A stretch of DNA of 64,000 nt from contig CAYLKF010000001.1 in assembly GCA_964384365.1 (NCBI GenBank), forward strand, positions 212,079 through 276,078. The letters run 5' to 3'. The translations under genes were made by a program, and so were the position numbers. Source of the stretch: an uncultured Pseudomonadota bacterium. GTDB taxonomy: Bacteria; UBA10199; JADFYH01. Within the stretch, counting starts at the first letter, position 1. The number at the start of each line of letters is the position of its first letter. The notes under the pieces are model-generated. The model had not been told where the DNA came from, made no database searches, and worked only from the letters and a program-made list of their open reading frames with translations. Of the stretch, positions 36,895 to 48,984 are shown in pieces.

Positions 36895-37215
36895 ATGGGC
36901 AATAAACGACCAGAATCGATTCAAGATATTTTAAGTTCGGCTTTTAAAGGCTTAGGGTTAGAGGAAAAAATTCGAAAATATACCCTCTGGAATCACTGGC
37001 CTGAAATCGTTGGCCCCAAGATCGCCGAAAAAACAAGCCCGGTCCGTGTTCAGGGGAGCACCCTAGTCATCGGCGTTGAATCTCATGCCTGGATGAATGA
37101 ACTCACCCTGATGAAATCGATGCTCCTCGAAAAAATCCATCAAAACCAAAAAAACTGTCCGATTAAAAATTTAAGATTTGAGTTACGAGGCAAAGATTCT
37201 AATCGAGCCGATTAA
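36895..37215 (+). CDS. DUF721 / DciA-like protein
   Basis: About 106 aa with the pattern WPEIVGPKIAEKTSPVRVQGSTLVIGVESHAWMNEL. Confidence 0.55.
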   Translation: MGNKRPESIQDILSSAFKGLGLEEKIRKYTLWNHWPEIVGPKIAEKTSPVRVQGSTLVIGVESHAWMNELTLMKSMLLEKIHQNQKNCPIKNLRFELRGKDSNRAD

Positions 37216-38497
37216 ACAAAAGCCCCGATAAAAGTTTAGGATAGAAGAAGGTGGATTTATGCGGCATACGCTCACCAATATTGGAGACTTCTTCCACTTG
37301 TTTCATCTTGGTAGGGTTTAAAATGAAACTGAGAGATGCTTGCCCTTTTTGAGGGGCCTGCAAGGCTTCTTGGGTATCTTTCACATAATGGATTTTCTTG
37401 GCCTCATCGCCCTCGTTTAAATTCACTTCAAACACTTGCGGAAGCAAATACTTATGGAGCAAGGTCACATCTAAATTACGAACCGCCGAGGGAATTTTGG
37501 CTAAGCTCTCGATTTTCTCCACACGAGAGGCATCGGTTTTAATCACCCAAAACTGATTGGAGGTGGCGAGTAAAAAGGCAATCGCTTGTTTGGAGTTTGC
37601 AAGATCTTTTAAAGCGAGAGCAGAATCCGTATATTCTTTCACCTCAAAATTTTTCTGAATTTTCTCAAGGGCCTTTGCAAAATCAACCTTCGGTTTTTCA
37701 ACCAAAACTCGGTGAGTCGGCAAAATCACCAAGCCTTCGTCTTCCATCGGGCAGAGATACATCATTACGAAGTTGGCTGGAGCATTTTCATCGTTCAATT
37801 TTCCTTCGGCCTTTAAATAATCCCGATAGCCTAAGGCCGTTTCATAACGATGGTGGCCATCCGCAATGAAAACGACTTTATCTTGCATGGCTTCATCCAC
37901 TTTTTGCAGAATTTGAGCCTCTGCCACGCCCCAAACCTGGTGGCGATTGCCCTCTTCGGTTTGGATATCGATTAAGAGTTTTTTACCGGGCGCCTCTTCC
38001 AATAAATTCAAAACTTTTTTGCCTGGGTCTCCATAAATGCCGAAAATAGGAGAAAGATTAGTTTGAGTCTCCTTAATCAAATGCATGCGATCGGCCTTAG
38101 GGCCCGCAAAGGTGTGTTCATGCGGGCGTATTCGCCCTGTATCAAAAGATTCCACGCGGCGCGCGGCAATAAAACCTTTTCGCGTGAGAGTTTTGCCATC
38201 GTCTAAGCGATACGTTTGGTGATAGATATAGAGCTGCGCTTGGCCATCGCGCTCCAAGATATTTTGTTTCTGCCAATCTTCTAAATACGACTTCGCCACT
38301 TCATATTTACTTTTTTGATCGCCTTCTTCTTTCGTGAGAATCAAACGCACCACATTGAAAGGGCTCTGCTGATACAGCTTTTCACGAAGTGTATCATCGA
38401 TCACATCGTAAGGAGGCGCCACCACATCGGCGATATTTTTAATTTTTTCAGGATTGTAACGAAGCCCTCTAAAGGGCGAGATGGTTTTTTTTGTCAT
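37199..38497 (-). CDS. DUF1015-family protein
   Basis: N-terminus PFRGLRYN...VVAPPYDVI, typical of DUF1015 as I recall it. Confidence 0.55.
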   Translation of the reverse strand: MTKKTISPFRGLRYNPEKIKNIADVVAPPYDVIDDTLREKLYQQSPFNVVRLILTKEEGDQKSKYEVAKSYLEDWQKQNILERDGQAQLYIYHQTYRLDDGKTLTRKGFIAARRVESFDTGRIRPHEHTFAGPKADRMHLIKETQTNLSPIFGIYGDPGKKVLNLLEEAPGKKLLIDIQTEEGNRHQVWGVAEAQILQKVDEAMQDKVVFIADGHHRYETALGYRDYLKAEGKLNDENAPANFVMMYLCPMEDEGLVILPTHRVLVEKPKVDFAKALEKIQKNFEVKEYTDSALALKDLANSKQAIAFLLATSNQFWVIKTDASRVEKIESLAKIPSAVRNLDVTLLHKYLLPQVFEVNLNEGDEAKKIHYVKDTQEALQAPQKGQASLSFILNPTKMKQVEEVSNIGERMPHKSTFFYPKLLSGLLFNRLD

Positions 38498-38586
38498 AGG
38501 GCCCCTCTTTATGAAAAGAGCTCTATAAATGTCAATGAAGGGATTAAATGATTTTTATTTAAAAATGAATGGAGAGAAGAGCGTGA

Positions 38587-39858
38587 TTAATTATGATAAA
38601 GGCTTTTCGAGGCAATATCGCGCCTGAATTGCATTCCTCGCCAATAAATCTTGGAGACGGCTTCATAGGCACGATTCACGGCCTCTTGAAGAGTATCGCC
38701 CAAGGCACTAACCAGCAAAACTCGGCCCCCATTAGTAAACCATTTGCCTTCCTTTTTAATTGTGCCCGCATGAAAAACTTTCACCTGCTCCATTTTTTCG
38801 GCGTCTTCGATTCCTTTAATTTCATCACCTTTACTTGGAGTTCCTGGATACCCTTCGGCTGCCAAAACCACACCCACACAAGATTTTTCATGCCAGGCGA
38901 TTTTATATTTCGATAAACGATTTTCAATCGTGGCAATCATCAATTCCACTAAATCGGATTTCATACGCGGCAAGATCACTTCACATTCCGGATCTCCAAA
39001 ACGCACGTTGTATTCTAAGAGTGAAGGCCGATCGTGATGAATCATCAAACCGGCATATAAAACACCGTGATAAGAGATATTCTCTTGAGCAAAACCTTCT
39101 AAGGTGGGTTCAATAATCTTCTTCATCGTTTGCTCAAAAACATCGGGGCTCACAATCGGAGCAGGAGAATAAGCACCCATTCCACCCGTATTCGGCCCCT
39201 GATCGCCTTCGAAAATTCTCTTATGATCTTGGCTGGTGGCTAAAGGAAGCGCGGTTTTTCCATCGGTAATCACCATAAACGAAGCTTCTTCGCCCTGTAA
39301 AAAACTCTCGATCACCACTTTATTTTGATCACCCACACTTTTCTTCACCAAAATCTCATCAATCGCTTCTAAGGCTTGGGCAAGATTTTCAGCAATGATC
39401 ACTCCTTTTCCAGCGGCTAATCCATCGGCTTTAATCACAATCGGAAACTCTTGGTTTTCTAAATAAGATTTTGCAGCCTGAGCCTCTTCAAACACTTCAT
39501 AAGAAGCGGTGGGAATATTATTTTTTTTGCAAAGTATTTTAGTGAATGCCTTCGAAGCTTCGAGTTGAGCCCCCTGCAAAGAAGGCCCAAAAATGGGCAC
39601 ACCCACCTTGCCACAGGCATCCACCACACCATTCACCAACGGGGCTTCAGGCCCCACCACCACCAAATCAATGCGTTGACGAAGGGCGAAATCGGCTACT
39701 TTTTCAGGAGAAAGAATATCTAAGGCAACACATTCTCCAAGCGCCGCCATTGCATCACTACCTGGGGCGATAAAAAGTTTCTTTAAACGCAGACTCTGCG
39801 TAATTTTCCAGGCCAAGGCATGTTCTCGGCCACCCGAGCCTAAAAGGAGAATGTTCAT
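38587..39858 (-). CDS. purD: Phosphoribosylamine-glycine ligase
   Basis: MNILLLGSGGREHALAWKI N-terminus; ATP-grasp core. Confidence 0.92.
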   Translation of the reverse strand: MNILLLGSGGREHALAWKITQSLRLKKLFIAPGSDAMAALGECVALDILSPEKVADFALRQRIDLVVVGPEAPLVNGVVDACGKVGVPIFGPSLQGAQLEASKAFTKILCKKNNIPTASYEVFEEAQAAKSYLENQEFPIVIKADGLAAGKGVIIAENLAQALEAIDEILVKKSVGDQNKVVIESFLQGEEASFMVITDGKTALPLATSQDHKRIFEGDQGPNTGGMGAYSPAPIVSPDVFEQTMKKIIEPTLEGFAQENISYHGVLYAGLMIHHDRPSLLEYNVRFGDPECEVILPRMKSDLVELMIATIENRLSKYKIAWHEKSCVGVVLAAEGYPGTPSKGDEIKGIEDAEKMEQVKVFHAGTIKKEGKWFTNGGRVLLVSALGDTLQEAVNRAYEAVSKIYWRGMQFRRDIASKSLYHN

Positions 39859-39880
39859 CTTTTATAACTCCAATTTTCAA

Positions 39881-40026
39881 TAGACTTCTTTCGTAACCGT
39901 CACGAGCAATTGACCTGCAAGGCGCGGTGGGACCCGTTTTCCGTAGCGTACAGTGACGTACGTGAGGAAAATGGGGGAACCGCAACGCAGCAGGGCATTT
40001 GCGCAGTAGGTTACGAAAGAAGTCTA
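39881..40026 (-). repeat. Long inverted-repeat element filling the purH-purD intergenic region (18-bp perfect arms, 110-nt interior)
   Basis: TAGACTTCTTTCGTAACC (39881..39898) and GGTTACGAAAGAAGTCTA (40009..40026). The right arm contains the purH stop codon. The interior, read on the minus strand, contains CCTCACGTAC..GTACGCT.CGG related to the 12556 and 29232 elements. Confidence 0.6.
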
Positions 40027-41604
40027 ATGCCTAAAATGCCGCATTCCGGTGAATACCATCGCCAAATTATGCTCATTCGCGGCCTGAATCACTTCTTCAT
40101 CGCGCACCGAACCACCCGGTTGAATTACGGCCGTAATTCCATATTGAGCGGCAGCATCGATTCCATCGCGAAAAGGAAAAAAGGCGTCGGACGCTAAAAC
40201 CGAGCCTTGCAAGGTTTCCTGGGCTTTTAAGCCACCCAACTTCACCGAATCAATTCGGCTCATCTGCCCTGCTCCAATTCCTACGGTATAACCCGGCTTC
40301 GCAAAAATGATGGCATTCGACTTCACATGTTTCGCCACTTTCCAGGCAAAGTTTAAGGCTTTCAGCTCACTGGCTGTAGGTTGGCGCTTACTCACAATCT
40401 TGCATTGGCTCACATCAATCTTGCCCAAATCACGGTTTTGGAGCAAAAGGCCACCCACGATTTTTCGGAGTTCTAGCCCTTCAGGCTTCCATTGCTTCGA
40501 AGAAGGCGTTTTCAAAATACGGAGATTCTTTTTTGTTTTCAGCAAATCGAGCGCTTGCGGCTCGTAATCGGGCGCTACAATCGCCTCAAAAAAAGTCTGA
40601 TTAAATTCTTGGGCAAAATCTAAATCGACTCGGGCATTCACGGCAACAATTCCACCAAACGCCGAAGTCGGATCACAAGCCTTCGCGCGATCGAAGGCCT
40701 CTTTGAGCGAATCACCCAAAGCCACTCCACAAGGATTATTGTGTTTGATGATTACACAGGCGATTTCTTCAAATTCTTTTACCGTATCTAAAGCCGAATC
40801 GAGATCTAAAATATTATTATAAGAAAGCTCTTTGCCATGCAAAACACTCGCGTTGGCGATAGAGGGTTCGTGAATGCCTTCAAAACGGTAAAAGGCCGCT
40901 TTTTGGTGAGGATTTTCTCCGTAGCGCAATAGAGAAATACCTTGAGCCTGCAAATTCAACACTTGAGGAAAGGCTTGCGCCTGAGGCACTTCTTCTGCCG
41001 CACACTCGGCAATACTGGTGAGATAATTACTAATCGCTCCATCGTAGGCAGCCGTATGCGAAAAAGCCTTTTGAGCAAAATAAAACCGCGTGGAACGATC
41101 GATCTTTCCCTCGTTCTTTTTCAAAATCTCAATCACCCTTGAGTAATCTTGAGGATCCACTACTACGGTGACCGATTCGAAGTTTTTCGCCGCCGAACGA
41201 ATCATCGAAGGCCCACCAATATCGATATTCTCAATGGCGGTTCCTAAATGAGTGCCGGACTTTGCAACCGTTTCTTCAAAGGGATAAAGATTCACCACCA
41301 CCAAATCAATGGGGCGAATTTGTTGGGCTTCCATTTCTTTGAGGTGTTTTGGATCATCGCGTTTTCCGAGCAAGCCCCCATGAATCTTTGGATGCAGCGT
41401 TTTAACCCTCCCATCTAAAATTTCGGGAGAACCCGTAAAATCAGAGACTTTAATAACCGGAATATTTTCTTTTTTCAAAATCTCGGCCGTATTTCCGGTA
41501 GAAAGAATTTCAACGTTGAGCGAGTGAAGAGTCTTGGCCAATTCTACCAAGCCTTCTTTTTTTGAAACACTCACCAAAGCACGACGAATCAAAACTTCTT
41601 GCAT
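40024..41604 (-). CDS. purH: Bifunctional AICAR transformylase / IMP cyclohydrolase
   Basis: MGS-like N-terminal domain (ALVSVSKKEGL) and AICARFT domain. Confidence 0.92.
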   Translation of the reverse strand: MQEVLIRRALVSVSKKEGLVELAKTLHSLNVEILSTGNTAEILKKENIPVIKVSDFTGSPEILDGRVKTLHPKIHGGLLGKRDDPKHLKEMEAQQIRPIDLVVVNLYPFEETVAKSGTHLGTAIENIDIGGPSMIRSAAKNFESVTVVVDPQDYSRVIEILKKNEGKIDRSTRFYFAQKAFSHTAAYDGAISNYLTSIAECAAEEVPQAQAFPQVLNLQAQGISLLRYGENPHQKAAFYRFEGIHEPSIANASVLHGKELSYNNILDLDSALDTVKEFEEIACVIIKHNNPCGVALGDSLKEAFDRAKACDPTSAFGGIVAVNARVDLDFAQEFNQTFFEAIVAPDYEPQALDLLKTKKNLRILKTPSSKQWKPEGLELRKIVGGLLLQNRDLGKIDVSQCKIVSKRQPTASELKALNFAWKVAKHVKSNAIIFAKPGYTVGIGAGQMSRIDSVKLGGLKAQETLQGSVLASDAFFPFRDGIDAAAQYGITAVIQPGGSVRDEEVIQAANEHNLAMVFTGMRHFRH

Positions 41605-41618
41605 AAAAATTTCCTTTT

Positions 41619-42749
41619 CTAATTCGATGTCGACTGAGCTCGCACTGCTAAACGAGGAACCCGACTAGAAATCCCACAAAAAATTTCGTAAGAAATTGTT
41701 TTAATTTTACTGGCCAACTCTTCGGCAAACAAAACTTCTTCGCCTTGTTTACCAATCACCACCACTTCATCTCCTAAAGCCACTTCGGGGATATCGGTTA
41801 CATCAATCAAAGTTAAATCCATGCAAACTCGCCCCACCACCGGAACCCGCCGCCCTCGCACTAAAACTTCGCCACAATTTGAAAACGAACGCGAATAACC
41901 ATCGGCATAACCTAAAGCCATAATGGCAATCTTACTCGGACGAGACGTGTAATAGCTTGCCCCATAAGATAAAGCCGCCCCTGAAGGAAATTCTTTTAAA
42001 GAAACGATCTCCGTTTTCCAACTCAAGACTGGTTCTAATCGAATTTGAGACTCAAAACGTGGATTCGGATAAGCCCCGTACAACGCGATACCCGGCCGCA
42101 CCAGGCTTGTTTGATCGACCCGTTTTTCAATTAAGGCCGCACTGTTTGCAATATGAAAAAAAGGGATCTGCATTTCGCTTAATTTTTCGCGCACCTCTTC
42201 AAATCGAGAGTACTGCTCTTCGGTGGGGTGCGGGTTTTCTTCATCCGCACAGGCGAGATGGGTCATTACTCCTTCTAATTTCAAGGCGGGAGAATCTTGA
42301 ATCAATTTCAAATAACGCGAAAGCTCTTTTGGAAAAATTCCCAAGCGCCCCATGCCGGTATCGATTTTGAGATGAAAAGGTAAAATCGAGGGCGAACCCG
42401 AAAGTTCTTGGGCCAAGCGGCGCAGAGTTTCTTCTTCAAATAGAACGGGGGTAATTTGATATTCGAGTAAATCTTTGGCACTGGCTTTAAAGGCTCCGCC
42501 AAAACACAAGATCGAACGCGAAATACCTGCTTTTCGAAGCTCCAACCCTTCTTCAATCGTCGCCACCCCAAAAGTAGTTGCGCCCTCAGCCTCTAAAACA
42601 CGCGCCACAGTAACTGCACCATGCCCGTAAGCATTGGCCTTCACCACGGCCAAAATGCCTTGATCCCCTGCACAGGCTTTTAAGGCTTGATAATTATGGC
42701 GAAGAGCGGCCAAATCGATTTCACAAAAACTAGGGCGGAAAAAGGGCAC
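41619..42749 (-). CDS. alr: Alanine racemase
   Basis: PLP-binding motif AVVKANAYGHG. Start codon is GTG. Confidence 0.9.
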   Translation of the reverse strand: MPFFRPSFCEIDLAALRHNYQALKACAGDQGILAVVKANAYGHGAVTVARVLEAEGATTFGVATIEEGLELRKAGISRSILCFGGAFKASAKDLLEYQITPVLFEEETLRRLAQELSGSPSILPFHLKIDTGMGRLGIFPKELSRYLKLIQDSPALKLEGVMTHLACADEENPHPTEEQYSRFEEVREKLSEMQIPFFHIANSAALIEKRVDQTSLVRPGIALYGAYPNPRFESQIRLEPVLSWKTEIVSLKEFPSGAALSYGASYYTSRPSKIAIMALGYADGYSRSFSNCGEVLVRGRRVPVVGRVCMDLTLIDVTDIPEVALGDEVVVIGKQGEEVLFAEELASKIKTISYEIFCGISSRVPRLAVRAQSTSN

Positions 42750-42764
42750 AGTTGCCTCGTCTAA

Positions 42765-42925
42765 ATTCCAGAATGTTTTCTTTAATTTTTTTGGATGTCT
42801 GAGCGTCCAAAAACAATCGCTCTTGAACTTTCACTCGCGGTTACTCAAAAACACGAAAAACGCACCGTGAAAGAGCGATTCAAAATCGCGAGTTTCCAAA
42901 AAAATTAAAGAAAACATTCTGGAAT
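42765..42925. repeat. 161-bp palindromic element with 30-bp perfect inverted-repeat arms in the divergent alr / MBL-gene promoter region
   Basis: ATTCCAGAATGTTTTCTTTAATTTTTTTGG (42765..42794) is the exact reverse complement of 42896..42925. The 101-bp interior has nested inverted repeats. Confidence 0.8.
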
Positions 42926-42993
42926 GGATATTATATTTTCTATTTACGCTTTTTGATTGGTGCGTTATTTCTCCTATTCTAAGGAAACGGTGA

Positions 42994-43752
42994 ATGTCAA
43001 AACTTAAAATAACATCGATTGGGCACGCGAGCCATCTCATCGAGATGGACGGCGAATTTCTGATTACTGATCCAAATTTCTCGCGAAAAATGTGGATTGC
43101 GAAACGTGAAAAAGAGCCCGGAATTGCCCCCGAAGATTTACCCCAGCTCGCCGCGATTGTTGTTACTCATGCACACTACGATCACCTCGATCTTTTTAGT
43201 TATAAATACTTCTCCATTCATATTCCAATCGTAGTGCCCGAAGGCTTGGGGAGTTTTATAAAAAAGCATCTACGAAACCCCGTAATTGAAATTCCAAAAG
43301 AAGGTTCTGTGTTGGTGGGAGGAATCAAAATCCATCGCGTGCCCGTAAAACATTTTGGTTTTCGCCTTTTCGGGCTCACCTGGCGTGAAACCACAGGTTA
43401 TCTTTTTGAAAAAAACGGCAAAAAAGTTTATTTTCCGGGCGATACCGCTTACGGCGATGGTGAGCATTTTCGAAAAGCGGCTGCAAAACACGCGATTGAT
43501 GCCGCCCTACTCCCAATTGGTGCTTATGCCCCGCGCTGGTTTATGAAAAGTCGGCATATGAATCCACCCGATGCCCTTCAAGCGTTTAGCGATTTAAAAG
43601 CAAAAGTGATGATTCCTTATCACTGGGGAGTATTTCAAATTTCTGCCGAACCTGTCGAGGCCCCGCGGGAATGGCTCGAGCAAATTCTCAAAGAAAAACC
43701 GGATTCTCGCGTAAAAATCTTGCGCCCCGGAGAACATTGGAGCTCCGAATGA
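42994..43752 (+). CDS. MBL-fold metallo-hydrolase
   Basis: Metal-binding motif VTHAHYDHLD. Confidence 0.8.
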   Translation: MSKLKITSIGHASHLIEMDGEFLITDPNFSRKMWIAKREKEPGIAPEDLPQLAAIVVTHAHYDHLDLFSYKYFSIHIPIVVPEGLGSFIKKHLRNPVIEIPKEGSVLVGGIKIHRVPVKHFGFRLFGLTWRETTGYLFEKNGKKVYFPGDTAYGDGEHFRKAAAKHAIDAALLPIGAYAPRWFMKSRHMNPPDALQAFSDLKAKVMIPYHWGVFQISAEPVEAPREWLEQILKEKPDSRVKILRPGEHWSSE

Positions 43753-44333
43753 ATTCCAAAATCTATGCTTTGATAATTCCCCTCCTCTTTTTGCCTTTTT
43801 TTCTTCACGCGGGTGAAACCCCGATTAGTGAAGGTGAGATGGTGCGCGTCATCAATTCGAATTTTGGAGATAGCCCGCTTTATCAATCGAAAGATATTCC
43901 CGATAAAGAGCTTCATGCTTTCGATTTTAACGACGACGGAAAATCGGAATGGGTGGTGATTCCCCAAAATGCCTGCGGCATTACCAATACCTGCCATATT
44001 TTTCTTCTTCAACAGACCCAACATTCGAAAGATAACTGGAAACTCCTTCTCTTGGCGAACGGAAAGATTACTTCACTCACGCCCTGGGGAATTTTAATCC
44101 TGCCCCGCAAAACCAAAGGCTATGCCGATCTGGCAACCGTCTTCGATCAAGGCCACGATTCTAAAGGCAACCGGATTCTCGATCGACGCATTTATGTTTG
44201 GAACGGAAAGCAATACGAAGAGTGGAACGGCATCTACCCTCCTCCCTCCGAAAAATCCGAAGAAATTCAAAAAAGCCTAGAACAGCTCAACCAGCTTCGA
44301 TACTCTCCAAAACTCTCTCGGAAGCCTAATTGA
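43749..44333 (+). CDS. Secreted hypothetical protein
   Basis: ATG at 43749 overlaps the upstream stop (ATGA); signal peptide MNSKIYALIIPLLFLPFFLHAG. Confidence 0.6.
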   Translation: MNSKIYALIIPLLFLPFFLHAGETPISEGEMVRVINSNFGDSPLYQSKDIPDKELHAFDFNDDGKSEWVVIPQNACGITNTCHIFLLQQTQHSKDNWKLLLLANGKITSLTPWGILILPRKTKGYADLATVFDQGHDSKGNRILDRRIYVWNGKQYEEWNGIYPPPSEKSEEIQKSLEQLNQLRYSPKLSRKPN

Positions 44334-44366
44334 CATCTCAAAAAGCTCGGTGTTACACCTTCGCAA

Positions 44367-44567
44367 ATGGAAATTCTTCTGAACGGTGAACCTTTTCAAC
44401 TCAGCTCACCCGAAACCTTAAGCGAGCTTTTAAACAAGCACTCGATTAACCTTTCGTTTTGTGCAGTCGCTGTGAACCGAAAAGTTGTTCCCCGCTCCGA
44501 ACTTGCTAAAACTCAAGTGCAAGAAGGCGATCAAATCGAGATCGTTCAAGCCGTGGGGGGGGGATGA
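44367..44567 (+). CDS. thiS: Thiamine biosynthesis sulfur-carrier protein ThiS
   Basis: 66 aa ending in GG. Confidence 0.85.
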   Translation: MEILLNGEPFQLSSPETLSELLNKHSINLSFCAVAVNRKVVPRSELAKTQVQEGDQIEIVQAVGGG

Positions 44568-44632
44568 AGTTTGACAACTCTCGCATTCCACTCGGAGCCA
44601 AAGGAAATGTAGGTTTTTTAGAAAGGAAGCTC

Positions 44633-47075
<2,443 letters not shown>

Positions 47076-47076
<1 letters not shown>

Positions 47077-47143
47077 GTTTAAACAAATCAAACATTTAGT
47101 TTAAATAAAGTTTAAATAAAATACTTTTAAAGTTTAAATAAAG
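47076..47143 (+). promoter_or_regulatory. Three direct copies of GTTTAAATAAA (plus a variant GGTTTAAACAAA) upstream of the HTH-ATPase gene
   Basis: Copies at 47099, 47110 and 47132; variant at 47076. Confidence 0.4.
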
Positions 47144-47162
47144 TTGATATATTCAAGTAGTC

Positions 47163-48185
47163 ATGAAAGATAAAATACTTGAATTTATTAATAAAAAACA
47201 AAAGGTTAGCACAAGCCAACTTGCCTTAACATTTCAACTCACTCCCCAGGGGATTCACAAGCATCTCAAAAAGCTTCTCCAAGAAGGTACAATCCTCAAA
47301 CAAGGAACGAGTCGAAAAACCAGTTATTATATTCCTCACAATACTTCCTCTCTTATTTCTCAAAATTCAGGTCTCGAAAGCAAATTTCGGAATATTAATC
47401 TGCAAGAAGACAAAATCTTGAAACAATTTGAACAAACGACCCCCTTTCTGAGAAACCTTCCCGAAAATACAGCTCATATTCTCTACTTTTCGTTTACTGA
47501 AATGCTCAATAACGCAATTGACCATTCTCATTCCAAAACGATTTCCATTCGATGGAATAACCAAGAAAACAAGATTTCTTTTGAGATTGAAGATAAGGGA
47601 ATTGGAATTTTTTCAAACATTCAAAAAAAGAAAAAACTTTCCAGCGATCTCGAAGCCATTCAAGACCTACTCAAAGGCAAAGAGACCACCCAACCCGAAA
47701 AACATTCGGGAGAAGGAATTTTTTTCACTTCAAAAATAGCAGACTTATTCTTTATCGACAGCCACCGCAAAAGGCTCACATTCAACAACACTCTGCCAGA
47801 CATCTTCATTCAAGACATACGAAATAAAAAAGGCACTCTCGTACATTTTGAAATTACCCGAAACACTTTAAAAAAATTAGAGAATGTTTTTCAGGAATAT
47901 ACCAATGAAGATTTTGAATTTGAGAAAACCCAGGTCAAAGTTTCTCTCTACAAACAAGGAATCGTCTATATTTCACGCTCTCAGGCAAAACGCTTATTAC
48001 ATGGCCTGATTCGTTTTAAAAAAATCATCCTCGATTTTCAAGGAGTAGAAACTGTGGGTCAAGGCTTCGCCGATGAAATCTTCCGAGTCTTTCAAAATCA
48101 ACATCCCGAAATTGAAATTTCGCCGATTCATATGCACGAAAATGTGGAATTTATGGTGAAACGGGCAAAGGCAAACAGCATGTAG
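47163..48185 (+). CDS. wHTH / GHKL-type ATPase-like / STAS-like (DUF4325-type) regulatory protein
   Basis: N-terminal wHTH (VSTSQLALTFQLTPQGIHKHLKKL), central EMLNNAIDHS...IEDKGIGI, C-terminal ILDFQGVETVGQGFADEIF. Confidence 0.5.
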   Translation: MKDKILEFINKKQKVSTSQLALTFQLTPQGIHKHLKKLLQEGTILKQGTSRKTSYYIPHNTSSLISQNSGLESKFRNINLQEDKILKQFEQTTPFLRNLPENTAHILYFSFTEMLNNAIDHSHSKTISIRWNNQENKISFEIEDKGIGIFSNIQKKKKLSSDLEAIQDLLKGKETTQPEKHSGEGIFFTSKIADLFFIDSHRKRLTFNNTLPDIFIQDIRNKKGTLVHFEITRNTLKKLENVFQEYTNEDFEFEKTQVKVSLYKQGIVYISRSQAKRLLHGLIRFKKIILDFQGVETVGQGFADEIFRVFQNQHPEIEISPIHMHENVEFMVKRAKANSM

Positions 48186-48186
48186 T

Positions 48187-48984
48187 TTACCTAAACTTCT
48201 CATCATTCAACTTCCAATCATACCCCATAAAGCGCAGATTAAAATTTCGCGGAAGCTTAGGGAGACGTATTGAAATAAAAAATCGATTCGAAACAGTCCA
48301 AATTCTAAAATCTTCGTCGAACCACAAAAACAGAGGAGAGGCGTAAAAAATATTTCGCGTGGGGTCGTAATAATTCTTGGAAAAATCGAGCAAGAAGGCC
48401 AGCACCACTGCCTCGGCCTTTTGATTAAAGGTTGCCCCGCTATAGGCCTCTTTCAAGAGCGGTGCAGAACTCATCGAGGCATTCACGCGAAGCAGATGCA
48501 AGCGCGGGTCGGGCAATTTTTCTTTGAAAACTTTTTTCTCGAAATCGAGAAAAGAAAGCTTTTCGCCCGGAAAAGCCGCCACTTCATAACGAGGCCCATC
48601 AAAAAACTTTGGAATTTGCGCCACAGTTTGAATCGGATAATGCTTCAAAACTTCATTCAAGACTAAAGCATTATAAAGATTCAACCAATAAGCCTCCACT
48701 TCTTGAATGGGCTCGAGCTTGAATCCATCCACCTTCACCATATCTTGAATATACGCCTCTAAACGGGCCAAGGCTTCTTTATCGCGCTTAAATCCTCTGT
48801 AGTTCACCAAGCCTTTTTTATCAACGTAGCGCTCGAGGAGTTCAGACAACACCACATGATTGAGTGTTTTTACCGCCGGCGCCGATTCAGATTCCGGAAG
48901 ACTTTCTTGGGCAAAACTTCGAAAAGAAAGAGATAAAAAAAGGAAAAGAAATAAAATAAATCGTTTCAAGAAATTCTCCTTCAA
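48187..48984 (-). CDS. Secreted DUF547-family protein
   Basis: Signal peptide; DUF547 hallmark AYWLNLYNALV. Confidence 0.65.
   Translation of the reverse strand: MKENFLKRFILFLFLFLSLSFRSFAQESLPESESAPAVKTLNHVVLSELLERYVDKKGLVNYRGFKRDKEALARLEAYIQDMVKVDGFKLEPIQEVEAYWLNLYNALVLNEVLKHYPIQTVAQIPKFFDGPRYEVAAFPGEKLSFLDFEKKVFKEKLPDPRLHLLRVNASMSSAPLLKEAYSGATFNQKAEAVVLAFLLDFSKNYYDPTRNIFYASPLFLWFDEDFRIWTVSNRFFISIRLPKLPRNFNLRFMGYDWKLNDEKFR

Noticed and set aside
37199-37215. 17-nt overlap of the convergent 3' ends of the DciA-like and DUF1015 genes
   Set aside because: Convergent 3' overlaps of this size are common and give no evidence of a special mechanism.
39758-40197. ORFs 39758..39985 (-) and 39910..40197 (+)
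   Set aside because: They are read through the purH-purD inverted-repeat element and the 3' end of purH; composition and context argue against coding.
42750-42993. Looked for a TPP riboswitch upstream of the MBL-thiS-thiG-thiC gene block and directly upstream of thiS
   Set aside because: I could not find the conserved TPP-element core as I recall it (CTGAGA followed by the CCTGATC..GGATAATGCC segment); the region instead holds the 30-bp palindromic element. A covariance-model scan would be decisive.
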